Positions 10,446 through 23,214 of a stretch of 64,000 bases of DNA are shown one piece after another (the first letter of the stretch is position 1; every line of letters starts with the position of its first letter). Source of the stretch: Lama glama (taxonomy: Eukaryota); the NCBI GenBank assembly GCA_028534125.1, contig CM052842.1, positions 1,736,001 to 1,800,000 on the forward strand, written 5' to 3'. The notes under the pieces were generated by a model. That model saw only the letters and a list, made by a program, of their open reading frames with translations. It was not told where the DNA came from and did no database searches. The translations under genes were made by a program, and so were the position numbers.

Positions 10446-12684
10446 TTCTCTCCTCCCCGTAAACTGTGGAATGCCAAACAGGAGAGAATGCGCCTGGTGT
10501 GTCCGGACAAGGACAGTGGAGCTGATGGTGGGGGGACGGCGAGCCCCAGGAGGATGGGGCAGTGCTGGGGCGAGGGGTGTGCGCTGCACATCGGGGCAGA
10601 GCAAGGAGCACTGAGGGGGCGTGAATGCTGCTGGCTCAGCCCAAGGGGGCTTTCAGCGTCCGAGAGCTTCCACAGGTCCCTTGGCTTCGCTGAGCCTCCA
10701 CAGCCTCCCTGAGGGGACTGTGTGGGTGCAGGGAAGCCCCGTAGGGGGCCTGGCTCCTGCGTCAGTGCCCACTGCTTCTCTGGGTATGACGGGAACCTGG
10801 GGTGGCCCCCTGGACGTACCAAGCCGGAGAACAGCCCCTCAGAGAAGCAGAGGGGGCCCGGGATGGACCTTCTGGGAGGAGGGGACTTCGTGGAGCTGGG
10901 CGACCTTGTCAGCTGCTCATCCACCTGCATGGTTTTCTCGTTGGCATCTTATGGTGGGTTGGGGGCTGGGTAGACTGTGGACGGGGCACAGCCCTGGTCC
11001 TTGGGGTCTCAGCGTCTACACTGTCCGTGTGAGGCTGCAGAACCTACCTCATCTGCCACAGCCGGTGCTACGTTGGCCCCCTCCCCGTCTCAGGGCTCCC
11101 ACGAGTCTCTGAGAGGGACCCCCAGGCTCCCACATGCCCCGACCTGGCACGTGACCTGCGCTGTCCACATCCTTGTATGTGTGAAGGTCACAGGGACTGA
11201 GTGACTTTCTCATGTTCCCACAGTTATGAAGCCCCCAGCCCCCCAGCCCCTGCCCACTCTTCATCCAGCAGTTGTGAATAACCATGAGGTGGTCCTTCCC
11301 GTACGTGGCGTCCCTGTCATTGCGGGGCCCCAGTGCGGCCGAACCTTGAGCCGAACGTCGGGCTCCTGAACAGCATCACTTTAAACCAGAACAAAATAAA
11401 AAAATCAAGGAGGGAGAGGAGAGGGAAGATCAGCGCATTTGCTTGGCTTGATCCGTGCAGGAGAAAGGGTGGGAAGAGCGTCTGCTGGCAAACGAGAATG
11501 CAGACAGCACAGCGTCGTCACCCCGCTGCCCCCGCGGCGCCAGGAAGCGTGAAGCCAGCCCCGAAACCCAGCGGAAGCAAGGCGAATCTATGACAAAACA
11601 GGCTGGGGGCCGGTGGTAGGAGGGGCCAGTCGTGGGAGAGCCCCGTGGGCAGCTGTGGGGCGCTACTCCTGGGCGCTTGTCTTAGGGAACACAGCTGCCT
11701 CCCACGCGTCACCCTGGGGTCGAGGACCTGCTCCCCTTCCACGTGGCGTAAGGTCCATCCGCTGTCTCCTGTGAACAGGCCCTGAGCTGGCGCGCCCATT
11801 TCCCAGACTCGGAAGCTGAGGCCGGCAGGATGCGGGACTCCGCAGGGGCAGAGATGGGAGGCCTCTGAGTCCTTGCTCGCTGCTGCCTTGCTTCCTTGCT
11901 AAGATCTGTAAACCTCTCCTAAATCAGATTCCCCTGACTTTTCAGGGGAAAAGTGGCCAACATGCTCAAATAGGAAACAGATTCTGACCAGTCACAACCC
12001 ATGGGCTCTGAAGGCACCAGCAAGAGGTTTTGGGCCGGCACACTGCCGCGGGGACACCGCTGCGGGGAGGGAATGACCCCAACTGGTATGTACGACCATT
12101 TTCTTCGATGTCATAAGAACTGTTATCCATCGTAATGCACTGTCAGCCTGGAGACCCCCGAAGCCCCCGGGCACTTCTGCCTGGGGCCCCGCCCTCCTTC
12201 AGCTGGGGGCTGAGGCTGGCTCCACCCCATCCAACCAGGCCCAGCCCGTGGGCTGAGCTCTGTCCTACCACTGCCCCATCCTTCCGGTCGGTCCCTGGGC
12301 TGAGCACCTCTGGCGCAGCCACCAACCGTGTTAGAACTCCTCCCAGCATGCTCCTTGCTTGCGGCTCCTGGGGTGACAGTGGAAAGGCTGCTCACAGAGG
12401 AGGTCTGGGCCCTTCTTGGAGGACAAAGAGGGGCAGAGGATCACACTGGACACTGGGGGTCATGGCCACAGGGAGAGTTTGCGGTGCCGAATGCTGGGAA
12501 GTGGCTGCTGTGGGCGTCCCATGCGTCCCCAGGCAGGCCGCCATGCCCAGGCGTGTCAGAGGGCAGCTGTGCCCTAGCTTGGTCTCCACCCCCAAGGCAC
12601 TCGGTGCCCCCTGGCCCTGACTGGAGCTGGAGGCACAGGCCCAGGAGCCAGTGCCAGGGCCCCTGTCCCACCACCAGCGCCCGA

Positions 12685-12845
12685 GGATCGATTAAACCCA
12701 AGGGCCTGTCACCTCTGGGGCATTAAAGTGCTTTTAAGAGATGATTATTCAGAATTCTGTAATTTCTTCTTCCTAAGTGCTCTCCCCTCTCCTGGCCCTG
12801 ACCTCCAGGAAATTATTTTCATGTGCCCGATTCGACAGAGGGGCC
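12685..12845. promoter_or_regulatory. AT-rich candidate enhancer
   Basis: GATTAA, TGTCA, CATTAA, GATTATT, GTAATT, AATTATT inside GC-rich flanks. Confidence 0.35.
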
Positions 12846-15597
12846 AAACCTTCCCAATACTCAGACCCCTCCAGCCTGGCCCTCCGCCCCAGGGCCACAT
12901 GCACCCCCAGATGCCCAGGAGAGCGCAGCCTCCCGGGTGGCCAAGGATCTCTCCCTTGCGGGTGCCGCCCCCTCCCCAGGTCCCCACCTCCACGCTGGTA
13001 CCTCCTCCCGCCCAGCGCTGTCCAGGCCCGGGAGAGAGATCCAGGAGGGAAGAGACACCACGGCTCCTGCCAGGACCTTGTCTAGCCAGCTCAGCCCCGC
13101 TGCCCAGCGCCAAGACCCCCAGCCTCCCAGGGCGGAGCCCTGCTGCTGTGGGTGGGGGTTGCCGAGGCTCAGGGGCCCCACCCTGATTCATCGCTGCCTG
13201 GTGAGACCTCCCTGGCTTCACAGGGGCCCACAAGGCCAGTTGGGGGCCTCCACAGCCATGGACGTCCAGTGCTGGACTTCAGAATCCCAGTGCCTCGTGG
13301 AGTGAATTCAGACCGAGCTGAATGCTGCTGGTCTGAGTCAAATCCTAAACCAGTTGTGGTAACTTGAGCTGAGCCGGGATGGTAACAGAACAGGGGCGGA
13401 GGCTGGGGTTCTGGGAAGAGGAGGGAGGCTCCCGGCCACCGGGGGAGGGAGTGGCCAGAGGATGGGATGTGTCAGGAGAGAGAGGCCAGAAGGACGGCTC
13501 CAGGCCCTGATCATCCCCTGACGGTGGGGGAGGGGAGGGCGCAGTCCAGGCTGGGTGGAACCTTGGGAACCAAGTGTGAGGGATTGGCTGGGTATACCAG
13601 GAGGCCAGACGTGCTGCCCTCACCCCGGAGCAGAGGAGAGGCTGAGGGCTGAGGTCTCCATCTGGGGAGACTGGGGGGCAGCTCGCTCCTTCTGGGCCCT
13701 TTGAGAAGGCAGATTCTGGAAGTGTTCAAAGAAATGAGAAACGGACTTCCCCAGAGCTGGGATGGGGAGACATTGGGGTGCCCAGCAAACCTCCTTACCC
13801 TGGTGCCCCCAGAATGGTGGAGGTTCGTGTACTAATGGCCACCTGCCTGGGAGTGGGCTGGCTGCAGAACACCTCCATTTGGTGAAAATAAACATCTGGG
13901 GGCTCCAAGTCCTCATTCTTGGGGCACCCAGTCCAACAAGGGAGACAGGATCCCATTTTGGGGTGCTGGTGTGGCACATATAAACTTTCTGTTTGGGGTT
14001 CTCCAGGGAAAACATGACTCCTCCCCCAAGGGGCTCTGGTTATCGGGCCCTCCAGGAAGCCTGCCAGAGCAGGATGACCATGGAAGTTTGAATTTCAAAG
14101 GACGAATGACTTTTGACATAAGTATGTCCTACCTACCATCGCCCCCCAGGACGTGGAGTAAACAATTATTCACTGCTTATCTGAGTTGCAGTTCCCTGAG
14201 TGTCCCGTGTTTTGTCTGGCAGCCCTCCCCTGGTGGGGGGGGTGGCCCAGGGAGAGGAGGTGCCCTCACCTGTGGAGGTGGCGCAGCGAGGACCTGCCTG
14301 CCCCATGCTGAGATGCACGCTTTGGGGTCGGGGACAAGGGTCGGGGGTGGGGTCCCAGCTGGTCTCTGAGATGGAATCAGACCAGAAGCTGCAGGAGGCC
14401 TGAGGAGACTTCAGTTCCCTGGGCTCCCTCGGTGGCCACCTGGGTCTCCTCTGACCCTCTTGTAGCCGAGTTGCCTGCCTGCAGGGGTTTTCGGGGGGCC
14501 ATTGGCCCACGAAATTGAGTTGGGCCCTTGCCTGGCTCTCAGTGCTTTCTCCCAGAGCTGGCTTAGTTTTGCCTAAACATGTCCTGCCGGCTCAGCCGAA
14601 GGTGCCAGGCTCACCAGCGCAGGGCCTGTGCTGGCCGCTCGCTCTCTGCACCCCTGGTAACACCAGAGTGACACCTTCTGTCTGCTGGGCCCCTCTGTCC
14701 TGGGCGCGCCATGCTACACGCAGACTCTGCTTAAACACTGACGTTTCCACTCATTGTCACAGATGAGCTCGTGGCGGGAAGAACAAACATCGCAGCAGGA
14801 GGAGGTGGAGCCCCGCCCGAGCCAGCCTCCTCCTCTGCCGCCCCTGGACCACTCCGCCACTTGCACCAGCAGACTGGGCTTCTGCTAGGAGCAGGCTGAA
14901 CTGCCACCTCCTCCAGGCAGCTGTCTCTGACTGCACCATCACTTTTCTGAGTCGATATTAATGTCCTGGCTTGACCCTTCAAGATGCAACAGAGGCAGGT
15001 CTCCCCACATGGGCTGTGAGTCCTGGGGAGCCCGAGCGGGTTTTCTGCTGTGTTAATTAGCCATGGGGCCCGGGGGCTCAGGGCCCCTGTGAGCACTCTT
15101 GCTGTTGGTCGACTGAAGGCCCAGCCACGGCCTCAATCTTTTGGGCATCCGCAGCCCTTGCTCGGGGCAGGCTTGGGGTCAGTGCTGGGTTCACTGGATG
15201 AGCGGACAACGGATGCAGAGTGATTTTTGTCGGGCGTGTGAATGCTGCTGATTCCGGCCAGAGAGGGGTGGAAGGGGCAAGACCCTGCCCCCGGGCCCTG
15301 TGGCGCCCCAGCAACAGCGTCAGCTCATTCCAAGTGCACAGCCCCGTGAGAGGCCCTCAGGGTCCCCGGTGAGGGTGGGGAGACGAGGCCCTGGAGAGAC
15401 GTGACTCTCCTGGGCGGGGCCCAGGGCTTGGCCGGGTCTGGGGCGCGTGCCTGTCCTGCCGTCCGCATTCCCGCTGTCGGCACAGCCCCGGGGAGGAGCC
15501 CCCGCCAGAGGCACAGGGGGCCTGGGGGACCTCTGCTCGGTGGCACTCTTCCCGTGGGAGTTTGTGAGGGTATTCCCCACTGTCCCCTGCCTGCCTG

Positions 15598-15735
15598 CCT
15601 GTGACAGTAAACACTGTTTGGATTCAAAGCAAATTGACTCTAATTAACCAGCCGCCAGATTACAGCTTGGAGGAGCCAGCGGGAAGGACGGTTCTTCCTG
15701 AGGGAGGGGGTGGGGGCCTCATTAGCGTGGCAGCC
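15598..15735. promoter_or_regulatory. Candidate enhancer (TALE, forkhead, TCF, homeodomain motifs)
   Basis: TGACAG overlapping GTAAACA, TTCAAAG, ACTCTAATTA (15637-15646), AGATTA, TCATTA. Confidence 0.45.
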
Positions 15736-15934
15736 AGGCCGTTCCCTCCACCAGACACCCTGCCTGCTTCCTCTCCCGTGGTCCTCCTGCTGCGAGCATT
15801 TGCCCAAGCTGAAGACCCATCTTGATAAACTATTCAGCTTGGCTTAGAGCCGGCCGCCTCAGGGATCTCAGGGTGGACAGGAGAGGGCTCACTCACTTTG
15901 GCAACATTTTGGGAATGGAAGGAGACAGGACAGC

Positions 15935-16097
15935 ATCTCCATCACAAAAAGGCCACCAACACCACCTTGACTGCTGTCGTGAGTGCCACCAACCCTGGGA
16001 GCATCTCCGTTGCTGCCGTTACCACCGCCATCACCACCTCCCCCGTCACCATGGTGACCAGCACCACCACCATCGCCATGGTGACCACCCCCCACCC
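15935..16097. repeat. Degenerate (CAC/CAT)n trinucleotide repeat
   Basis: CACCACC/CATCACC units. Confidence 0.8.
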
Positions 16098-16344
16098 CGG
16101 GGCTGGATATCCTCCATCGGGCCCTTTAGATCCACTCTCCTCTCATCCTGTGTCTTGGGAGGCTGGCCTTTGTGGAGCACATCACAGAGCGACTTCCCGC
16201 TCCTTCTGGTGGGTTCTGCCAGTGGGAGGGGGAGGAAGAGGAAGAGCAGGAGGCGGCCAAGAAGGGGGAGGCGGGGGAGGGGGACACTCCAGGAGAAGTG
16301 GGGACTGAAAGGAGCCACCTGTGAGCAGGTGGAAAGTAAAGAGT

Positions 16345-16490
16345 TCAGATTTCAGTGGGAATTTTGAGATGATTGTGGGCTCGAGTGCAGTTGTGGGAAA
16401 TACGGCAGAGATCCCGAAATCTCGCACAGGAACGTCTTGGAAAACTGCAACACAGACACCCAATCAGCAAGTGACGTGGTGGCGACTCAC
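16345..16490 (-). mobile_element. L1MC-like 3' end fragment
   Basis: TTTTGAGATGATTGTGG...TGCAGTTGTGGGAAATACGGCAGAGATCCC...AACGTCTTGGAAAACT. Confidence 0.55.
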
Positions 16491-17394
16491 TTAGGACTTT
16501 GTCCTCACTGCGGCAGGGGTGGACTCAGAGGACGGGAGGCGAGTGGCCGGGGGGTGGACGGCTCTCCCTCCCAGCTCCCACTGTCCACCCCTCCCGCCTC
16601 CTGGAGGGAAGGGCCCAGCCGCGGGGGTGAGTGATCCTTCTGCTGGCTCTGGAGGTCAGAAGGGGGACGCCCTCCCTGGAGGCTGCATCGTGGTCTCCAT
16701 GGAGTCACCATGCCTCCACCCTTCTCTCGGGAGACACCTTCCCTCCCGCCCTCCCTCTCAAAATTGGTTGATAGAGTTAGTCCAGGAGGCTGAGTCCAGC
16801 GAGGAGTGTAGTCCAGCCTCGTCCACCCACTTTGCTCCTGTGAGTACCCAGCTCAGGGGAGCAGGAAGGGCCAATGCTGAGATGTTTACGATGCTAACGT
16901 ACTGCTTTGGGGTTAATGCCTGCGTATCAGAGCCCAGCAGATGCTGTTCAGGGTGGGGACGGGGGAGGAGGGGACGCCTGCTCTCACAGCCCCGAGGACG
17001 GGCTGTGCTGGGGAAGGCAGGACGGCGGGGGGCCTCTAGGGCCATGGGCCTCTCCTGCCCACACCCACCCCTCACAGATAGGATAGTAAAACACACGATG
17101 CCCAGTTAAACTGGAGTTTCAGACAAGGAATCCTTTCTCAGCCTGGGTGGGTCTCAGGTGAGCTGCCGCCCGTGAAAACAGCTGTCTCACAGGCACTTCT
17201 CTGTTGGTCCCAGGGGCCAGCGCAGGGGGGGCGGAGAAGGAGAGGCCAGCTTTCTGGACAGGGAGTCCTGAGGACCCGAGCACCTCTCCCTCTGCCCCCA
17301 CCAGCCGGGCCAGGGCTGCCTCTTCCAGTCCCCTCCTCCCCGCAACGCCCACGGCGTCTGCGGGCTTTTCTCTCTCTGTTGTTTCCTTGAGGAG

Positions 17395-17600
17395 CAGGTG
17401 ATTGTGAGCCTGAGCGCCCGGCGGTGGCAGTGCTGGGGCTTGTTTATTCCGGCCGGCATATGCGTAAACATTTTAAATCTTCTTGGCTATGCATGAGTGT
17501 ATCCTAGAGAAGCAAAGAATAAACATGATTGGGGGCTGAGCTGCCCGCTTAACGTTGCACCAGAGAATTTAAAATCACTTTCACGGCTGGCAGCCGTCCC
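17395..17600. promoter_or_regulatory. Candidate enhancer with three forkhead motifs
   Basis: TGTTTAT 17441-17447, GTAAACA 17464-17470, ATAAACA 17519-17525; two TGATTG. Confidence 0.45.
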
Positions 17601-18631
17601 TCCTCCGGCGTGTCCCCAGTGCGGGCAGGTGGGCCTGGGTGCACGCGGCAAGCCTGCAGGGGCCTGGGGTCCTTGCCACTCCGGAGCCAGCCCCCCGGGA
17701 CCGCCTCCCCTCCCATGACATTCGCTTTCTCTCTCCATGTTCCATTTTCCAGCGTGAAGGACAAAACCAGCCGGAGTTCCAGGCGGGTCGTTTCTTAACC
17801 GTTTTCAGGGTGTGATGTGCACGCAGGTCTTCCCCGGCGGCTACTTGCCTGTTTTGCCTCCCTTGGGAGCTGCTCATAGCCGCCTGCCCAGGCCCGCCCT
17901 CTCCCGGTGGTCAGGGCTCGCATCCATCCAGGTTGGTTCGCAACTTAGAGCCATGGCTCAGTCCTGGGGAACCTTACACCCCTCGCCCAGGCTGTGCCCC
18001 AAACCAACTGAATCGGACTCTCTGGGGCAGGCCTGACGTCTATACCTTTAAGAAGCGCCCAGGTGCCCTGGTGCTGACGCAGGTGGGCAGGTGGGGAGGG
18101 TCTGGATGGGAGAAGAGGTGAGAATGGGGACCGGGCTGTGGGGCCTTGTGACGGAGGCTGGCAGAACCCCGGGGCCTGAGCGCATCCTGCCGCACCTGAG
18201 TGGGTTCAGCCCATGGCTTGGCTCCAACATCTGGATCAGGATGTTCTGTTCATTCTGAAAGGTGAAGTGCAAAGGGCCACCTGTGTCCCCGGCCTGCACC
18301 CCAGCTGCAGCGGCCACAGGGGAGCCGGGAGCCCTGCAGTCCCCCTGCGCTCCTGCTGTCCGTAGCGGCCGCAGTGCCTCCCACCCGGTGCACGTACTGG
18401 CCACCCCGCTGCGGCAGCCAGGATGCTGCGGGGTCCGAGCAGAGCCAGGTAGGGAGGTGGGCCCGGGGCATGGACAGACGCCACTCATTTTGGGCAGGGG
18501 AATACTGAGGGCGGGAGGGCAGGGGTGCCCGAAGCTGCGCTACGCTGGGGGAACACGGTCCGCCCACTTCACAGCCCAGCGCTGCCTGGGCCCTGGTCTG
18601 CCCATCCCCGCATCCCTCCCTGGTGGGGGCT

Positions 18632-19020
18632 TGTAGAGGGCTGAGTGGTGTCCCCCCAAATTCGTGTCCACTCAGAACCTTAAAATACAACTTATTTGGA
18701 ATAAGGGCCTCTGCAGATGTGACTGAGGCAAAGATCTTGAGATGAGGTCAGTCTGGTTGACGGTGACCCATGATGACACTGTGTCCATGGAAACTGGGAG
18801 ACAGACACAGAGGAGAGGGCGGGGGCTGGGCCGACGCAGCCGCAGGAAGGCGCTCCTGCGAAAATGACGCTCTCCGGATGCTGAGAGTGGGGCGTGGCAC
18901 CTTCTCCCCAGAGGCTCGGCGCCTCAGCCCTGCTGCCGGTGCCCTCAGACACCCCGCCCAGGACTGGGACCCAGGCCACGTCTGCGGTGCTTTGTCACGG
19001 CCGCCCCAGGAAGCGCACGG
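18632..19020 (+). mobile_element. MaLR solo LTR, MLT1C-like
   Basis: TGTAGAGGGCTGAGTGGTGTCCCCCCAAATTC...CTTATTTGGAATAAGGGCCTCTGCAGATGT...GATGAGGTCA; end TTTGTCACGGCCGCCCCAGGAAGC. Confidence 0.8.
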
Positions 19021-20479
19021 GCCTCCCGCCCCGTCTGGGCTGGTCTTGCCGCCTCACCTCGGTCCCGCCCAGGAAGCCCTGGGCCCCTTGTTCAGCCCTT
19101 TCCTTGGCTGGGGCCCCCATCCTTCCACTCCCGGGTCCCGGCCAGTGAAGGGGTACAGCGCGCTCCCTGCAAACGGGTCTCTGTTTCCTTGTCAGCTTCC
19201 TAGGGGTAGTGTTGGGGCATTTGGCTTCGGTGGGACAGAGGGTGACAGGTGTGTGGAGGTCAGGGAGAGCCCTTACTGAAAGGGCTGTTGCAGGCCCATG
19301 GTAGGGTGAGGTGGCACCTCATAAAGGAGGGGACTTGGGGCCCCCCTGCACTTCGGAGGGGTCCCGACCGCAGAGAGAGGCGGGAGTCCCTCAGCCGTTC
19401 TCTCTCTCATTCATCTGGGGTCAGGATAGTCACCCCTGAACCAGAACCCTTCTGCTGCTCCAGATGCTGGAGATGCTGGAGTCACTGGTGGAAGCCCGCC
19501 GAGTCGGGGGCAGGGGCCATGTGAACTACAGGAGCTTTTGGCCTGTCCGGGGCTGCGGCCACAGTAAAACGGGCCATGGGGGAGACAGAGTGGGCGTGCC
19601 TGCTGGATTCAGGTGGAGAGGCCGTGGGGCTGAGCCTCTGCCGAGTGCCGTGGGGAGAGCTGTGCGGAGACTTGGAGAAGCAGGGGCAGCGGCCCTGGGC
19701 CGAGCGCCACGTTGTGTCTGTTCGGGGATGGACTAAGGCTGAGCGTCGGGCCCCAAGGAAGCATGTCCGTGCTTGGGGGCTTCGGGCCCGGCCAGTCCTG
19801 AGCCTAGGGTACCTGGTAACCAGCACACGCAGCCCTGGGACTGGTCGCCCTCCGCCAGGTGGGATGAGAAGGGGGACACATCCCTTCCAGTCTCCGGAGG
19901 TGCTAGTTGGGGCACGTGGCCCATTATGGCAGCCAAGAGACATTGGGTCAGTCTGGGAGGGCTTCACAGGGGTGGTGACACCAGGGCTGACTCCTAGGCT
20001 GGGTGAGAGTAGCTGGCAGAAGCAGGGCAGGTTCTGGTCAAAGAGTCAGGCGCTGAGGTGGCCGGCCACAGGTGAAGGGAGCATGCACAGTCCAGTGGCC
20101 GCTGCAGAGAGGCCGGCAGGTGGGAGGGAGCCGGGGAGGCGTGAGACCAGGAGCAGGAGAAGCCAGGCCCTGCAGCGTGGCTGGGCCTGGAGGACACGTT
20201 CCTCAAGGAGGCAGGGAGCCGGGGGCAGGTGGTGACGCAGGAGCAGGCGCTGTGGACCGGATGGCAGCAGGGGTGGTGGAGGGGCTGCTTCGCCCAGCCC
20301 AGGAGGGCCAGGTGCACGGGGGAGCTGGCACCCCTCAGGGGCCTCTGAGCACCAGGAGGGCGTGCAGCCCCAGTGTGTGTGCACGCATGTGTGTGTGAGT
20401 GGGTGTGTATGTGTGTGCCTGTCTCCCGTGAGAGCCTGCGGCCGTGGTGTTTACGGCTGTGTGTGTGCGTATCTGCCAC

Positions 20480-20600
20480 TGATTTTGAAAACTCCACAGC
20501 CCGTGCACCCTGCGAGGTTTGGACTCTAATTACCAGATATTGGTAATAATGCAGAACCGGCGGCAGTTTGTTTTTATGGAGCCAGACAAACCCGAGCCTT
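20480..20600. promoter_or_regulatory. Candidate enhancer with palindromic homeodomain site
   Basis: ATTACCA-GATAT-TGGTAAT inverted repeat at 20529-20547; TTTATGG (HOX/CDX-like) at 20573-20579. Confidence 0.45.
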
Positions 20601-20999
20601 GGGCCCTCTGAGCTGGCTCTGCGTCTGCAAGAGCCACAGGGCCCCGTGATTCCGACCATGTTGGTTCCGTCATTTCCAATAAATCCCACGAGCACTTCTC
20701 AGCACCCTGGGGGCAGCCTCCCTCCCCTGTGTGAGCGGGAGGGGGTGCCTGTGCCCCAGGAAGGCCCCATAGTGGAGCCAGTCCTGGGTGGCCCCTCTTC
20801 TAGAGAACGCATCCTGGGACCCCGGTCCACGGCCGGCCCCTCTCAGGTGGTCTTGTGCTCCGTGGAGGCCTGAGGGCGCAGGGCTGAGCCAGACCCTGTT
20901 CCCGCCTCCAGGAGCTCCTGGCCCCGTGGATTCAATTCAGCAAGCATTCCTCATTGCCATGCATCACCTCACTTCCCCTTCATGTTGAGCCTCAGCCCA

Positions 21000-21018
21000 G
21001 TCCCACCAGGGGGCTGCT
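21000..21018 (+). promoter_or_regulatory. Candidate CTCF site
   Basis: CCACCAGGGGGCTG: one mismatch to CCASYAGRKGGCRS. Confidence 0.35.
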
Positions 21019-21194
21019 ATGAGTCCCCATGCCACCGACGAGGGGACTGCGGCTCAGCGACATGCATCATCCTTAAGGACCGCAGCTCCTCAGGATGGTC
21101 TGGCCCCCCAAACAGTGAGCAAGGGCCCTGAAGCCCTTGGAATATTCCGTTGTCCCAGCTGCTGCAGAGGGTGAGGTACCTCTCCAACACTGAG

Positions 21195-21715
21195 TGACTT
21201 ATGTGATATGTCAACACGCCACCCAGGAGAATAGAGAAACGCCAGCAACGCCACTCTAATTACTCTTCTCAGATGAGGCAATGATTGCTAACGTGCGCTG
21301 GATCTCATTAATTAACTCTCTGACTTTAATTAACTTCTTGCCTATTTCACCTGACATAATATATTATCACAAATGTCAACTTTGCGGAGTGTTTGCCTCT
21401 TGGAACAAAATAAGATGCGTCACACAAATGTTGCAGTTTTGATACCGGATAGGACAGAAGTCCTCAGCGGGGACCGGATGCACCACCAGTGGGACACAAA
21501 AATGTCTAGATGGAATACGGAGTCCTCTAAACATCTACTAAGGCTTCATAACCGTAATCAAATTCATTCCCAATCACACTACCGTGGCTTCTTTATGTCC
21601 TTCAAACACACCGCTGATGATAGATGTAACAACAGAACAGCTGCACGCAGAGCAATGTAATTTTGGGGGGAAAATATTTTATTTCCACCGTGGTGGCTCC
21701 CAGGTAAAATATTAG
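21195..21715. promoter_or_regulatory. Largest AT-rich non-repeat island, candidate conserved enhancer
   Basis: ACTCTAATTA 21253-21262; TTAATTAAC at 21308-21316 and 21326-21334; palindrome ATAATATATTAT 21356-21367 between TGACAT and ATGTCA. Confidence 0.55.
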
Positions 21716-21879
21716 TGCGTGCCAGGCATGGGGTGGAGATGGAGGGCCGCTGCCTGAGAGCACTTCCTCTGCTTTGTAACCTGTCTGAACAACAAATGCC
21801 CTGTTGTTGACGGAGCCTGCAGAGAACGGTAGAGGGTGGGTTCGTGGTCAGGAGAACTCAAAGCTCCATCCTTTCCTAT

Positions 21880-22280
21880 TGTCACCCCCAGCATCATGGA
21901 TATTCCCACCACCATTTCTACCATCACCTCCACCAGCCCCGTCATTAACACCACCACCACCACCACTGCCACCACCATCACCTTCACTGCCACCGTCACT
22001 ATCATCACGACCGCCTCCACCACCACCACCAAGTCCACGACCATCATCACCGCCACCCCCACCCCCACCAGCACCCCCAGCAGCATTGCCACTTGCTCCG
22101 CTGCTACCGTCATCCTCACAGATCACCGCACATGCCTCGGTTCAAAATGCAACGACGTCAACGTCATCCTCACACTGCTGTCGTCTCAGAACTGCCCCGA
22201 CTCTCACGACCACCTCTGTGATCAGCACTGCCAGCGTCACCATGACCCTTTCCGCCATCACCGTCACTCTCACCCGTGTC
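21880..22280. repeat. (CAC/CAT)n low-complexity trinucleotide repeat
   Basis: Long CACCACCAC/CATCAC run; generates the Thr-, Pro- and His-rich ORFs. Confidence 0.9.
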
Positions 22281-22659
22281 ACCGCGCTTCGGCCGCACCG
22301 TTACTTACAGTTGTCCGTATCACGACTGCCCGCGCCCTCAGCGCGTTGCCACCTTCTCAGCAGGACCCAGAGTGCTTTGCAAGCACAAGGCGGAGAAGGG
22401 GGAAAGCTCAGCAGCGTGATGGCCCCCAGGTTCGCCATCACTGCTCCATCCCCACTGCCAGCACGTCCTCCCGTGTTGCATGATTGCTGCCTACGTCACT
22501 CCATCTCCTCAGCCCTGCCACCCTGCCGGGACCACTGTTGCCCTGTCCCTTTGCTCCACAGCCAGACCCCGATACCTCGCTCACTTGGAGGTGGGCTGAG
22601 GGTGGTCCCGAGGGCACAGGCTGGGTTTTCTCCTCTGTGTGTCCCAAATACCCAACACA

Positions 22660-22775
22660 GGGTCTGACGTTGTCAGACAGGAATTAAATATGAGACTATG
22701 GGTTGAAGCTGAGCCCTGTGATGTCAGACAAAGTCAGCAACATGAATTCCTCAGCCAGGACGGCTGACAGGCCCT
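22660..22775. promoter_or_regulatory. Candidate TALE/MEIS motif cluster
   Basis: TGTCAGACA twice, CTGACAG, GAATTAAAT. Confidence 0.3.
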
Positions 22776-23061
22776 TGGGGGAGCAATGGAGGCCCCCAGC
22801 GACGACGTCAACCTTTGTGGGGGCGGGGGTGGCGAAGTGAGCGGCCCTTTTCCCCTGCAGCTGGTGCGCTGGAAATCAGTCCAGCTGAGTAGAAGCGTTT
22901 GACTTAATTTCATACCTCAGTAGGCATTCAGATGGAACACAGAGCTGTCTGCCAGCCCTTTGTTTAGCTGAGCCATGGTACTGTCACCCCTTAAATCATC
23001 TCCGCAGGGGACTTCTGACTGTTCAGATGCAGATGTATCCCTGGACCCCTTTCGTCTGCAC

Positions 23062-23214
23062 CATCTGCACACGTGTGCACACACACATTACAGTCACACA
23101 TGCATCCCACACCACACACCACACACACCCATCCTGCATGCACACACATGCACGCAGGGCTCACACACCACCACACGTACTATGCGCACATGCATACACC
23201 ACACACGTGCACAG
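23062..23214. repeat. CA-rich degenerate dinucleotide repeat
   Basis: CACACACA with CATG/TGCA/CACGTG interruptions. Confidence 0.85.

Noticed and set aside
15822-16367. His-rich and Thr-rich ORFs
   Set aside because: Products of a (CAC)n repeat and a purine-rich tract.
21712-22667. Mucin-like Thr-rich, Pro-rich and Val-rich ORFs (up to 287 aa)
   Set aside because: All frames on both strands are open because of the (CAC/CAT)n repeat; no domain or splice support.
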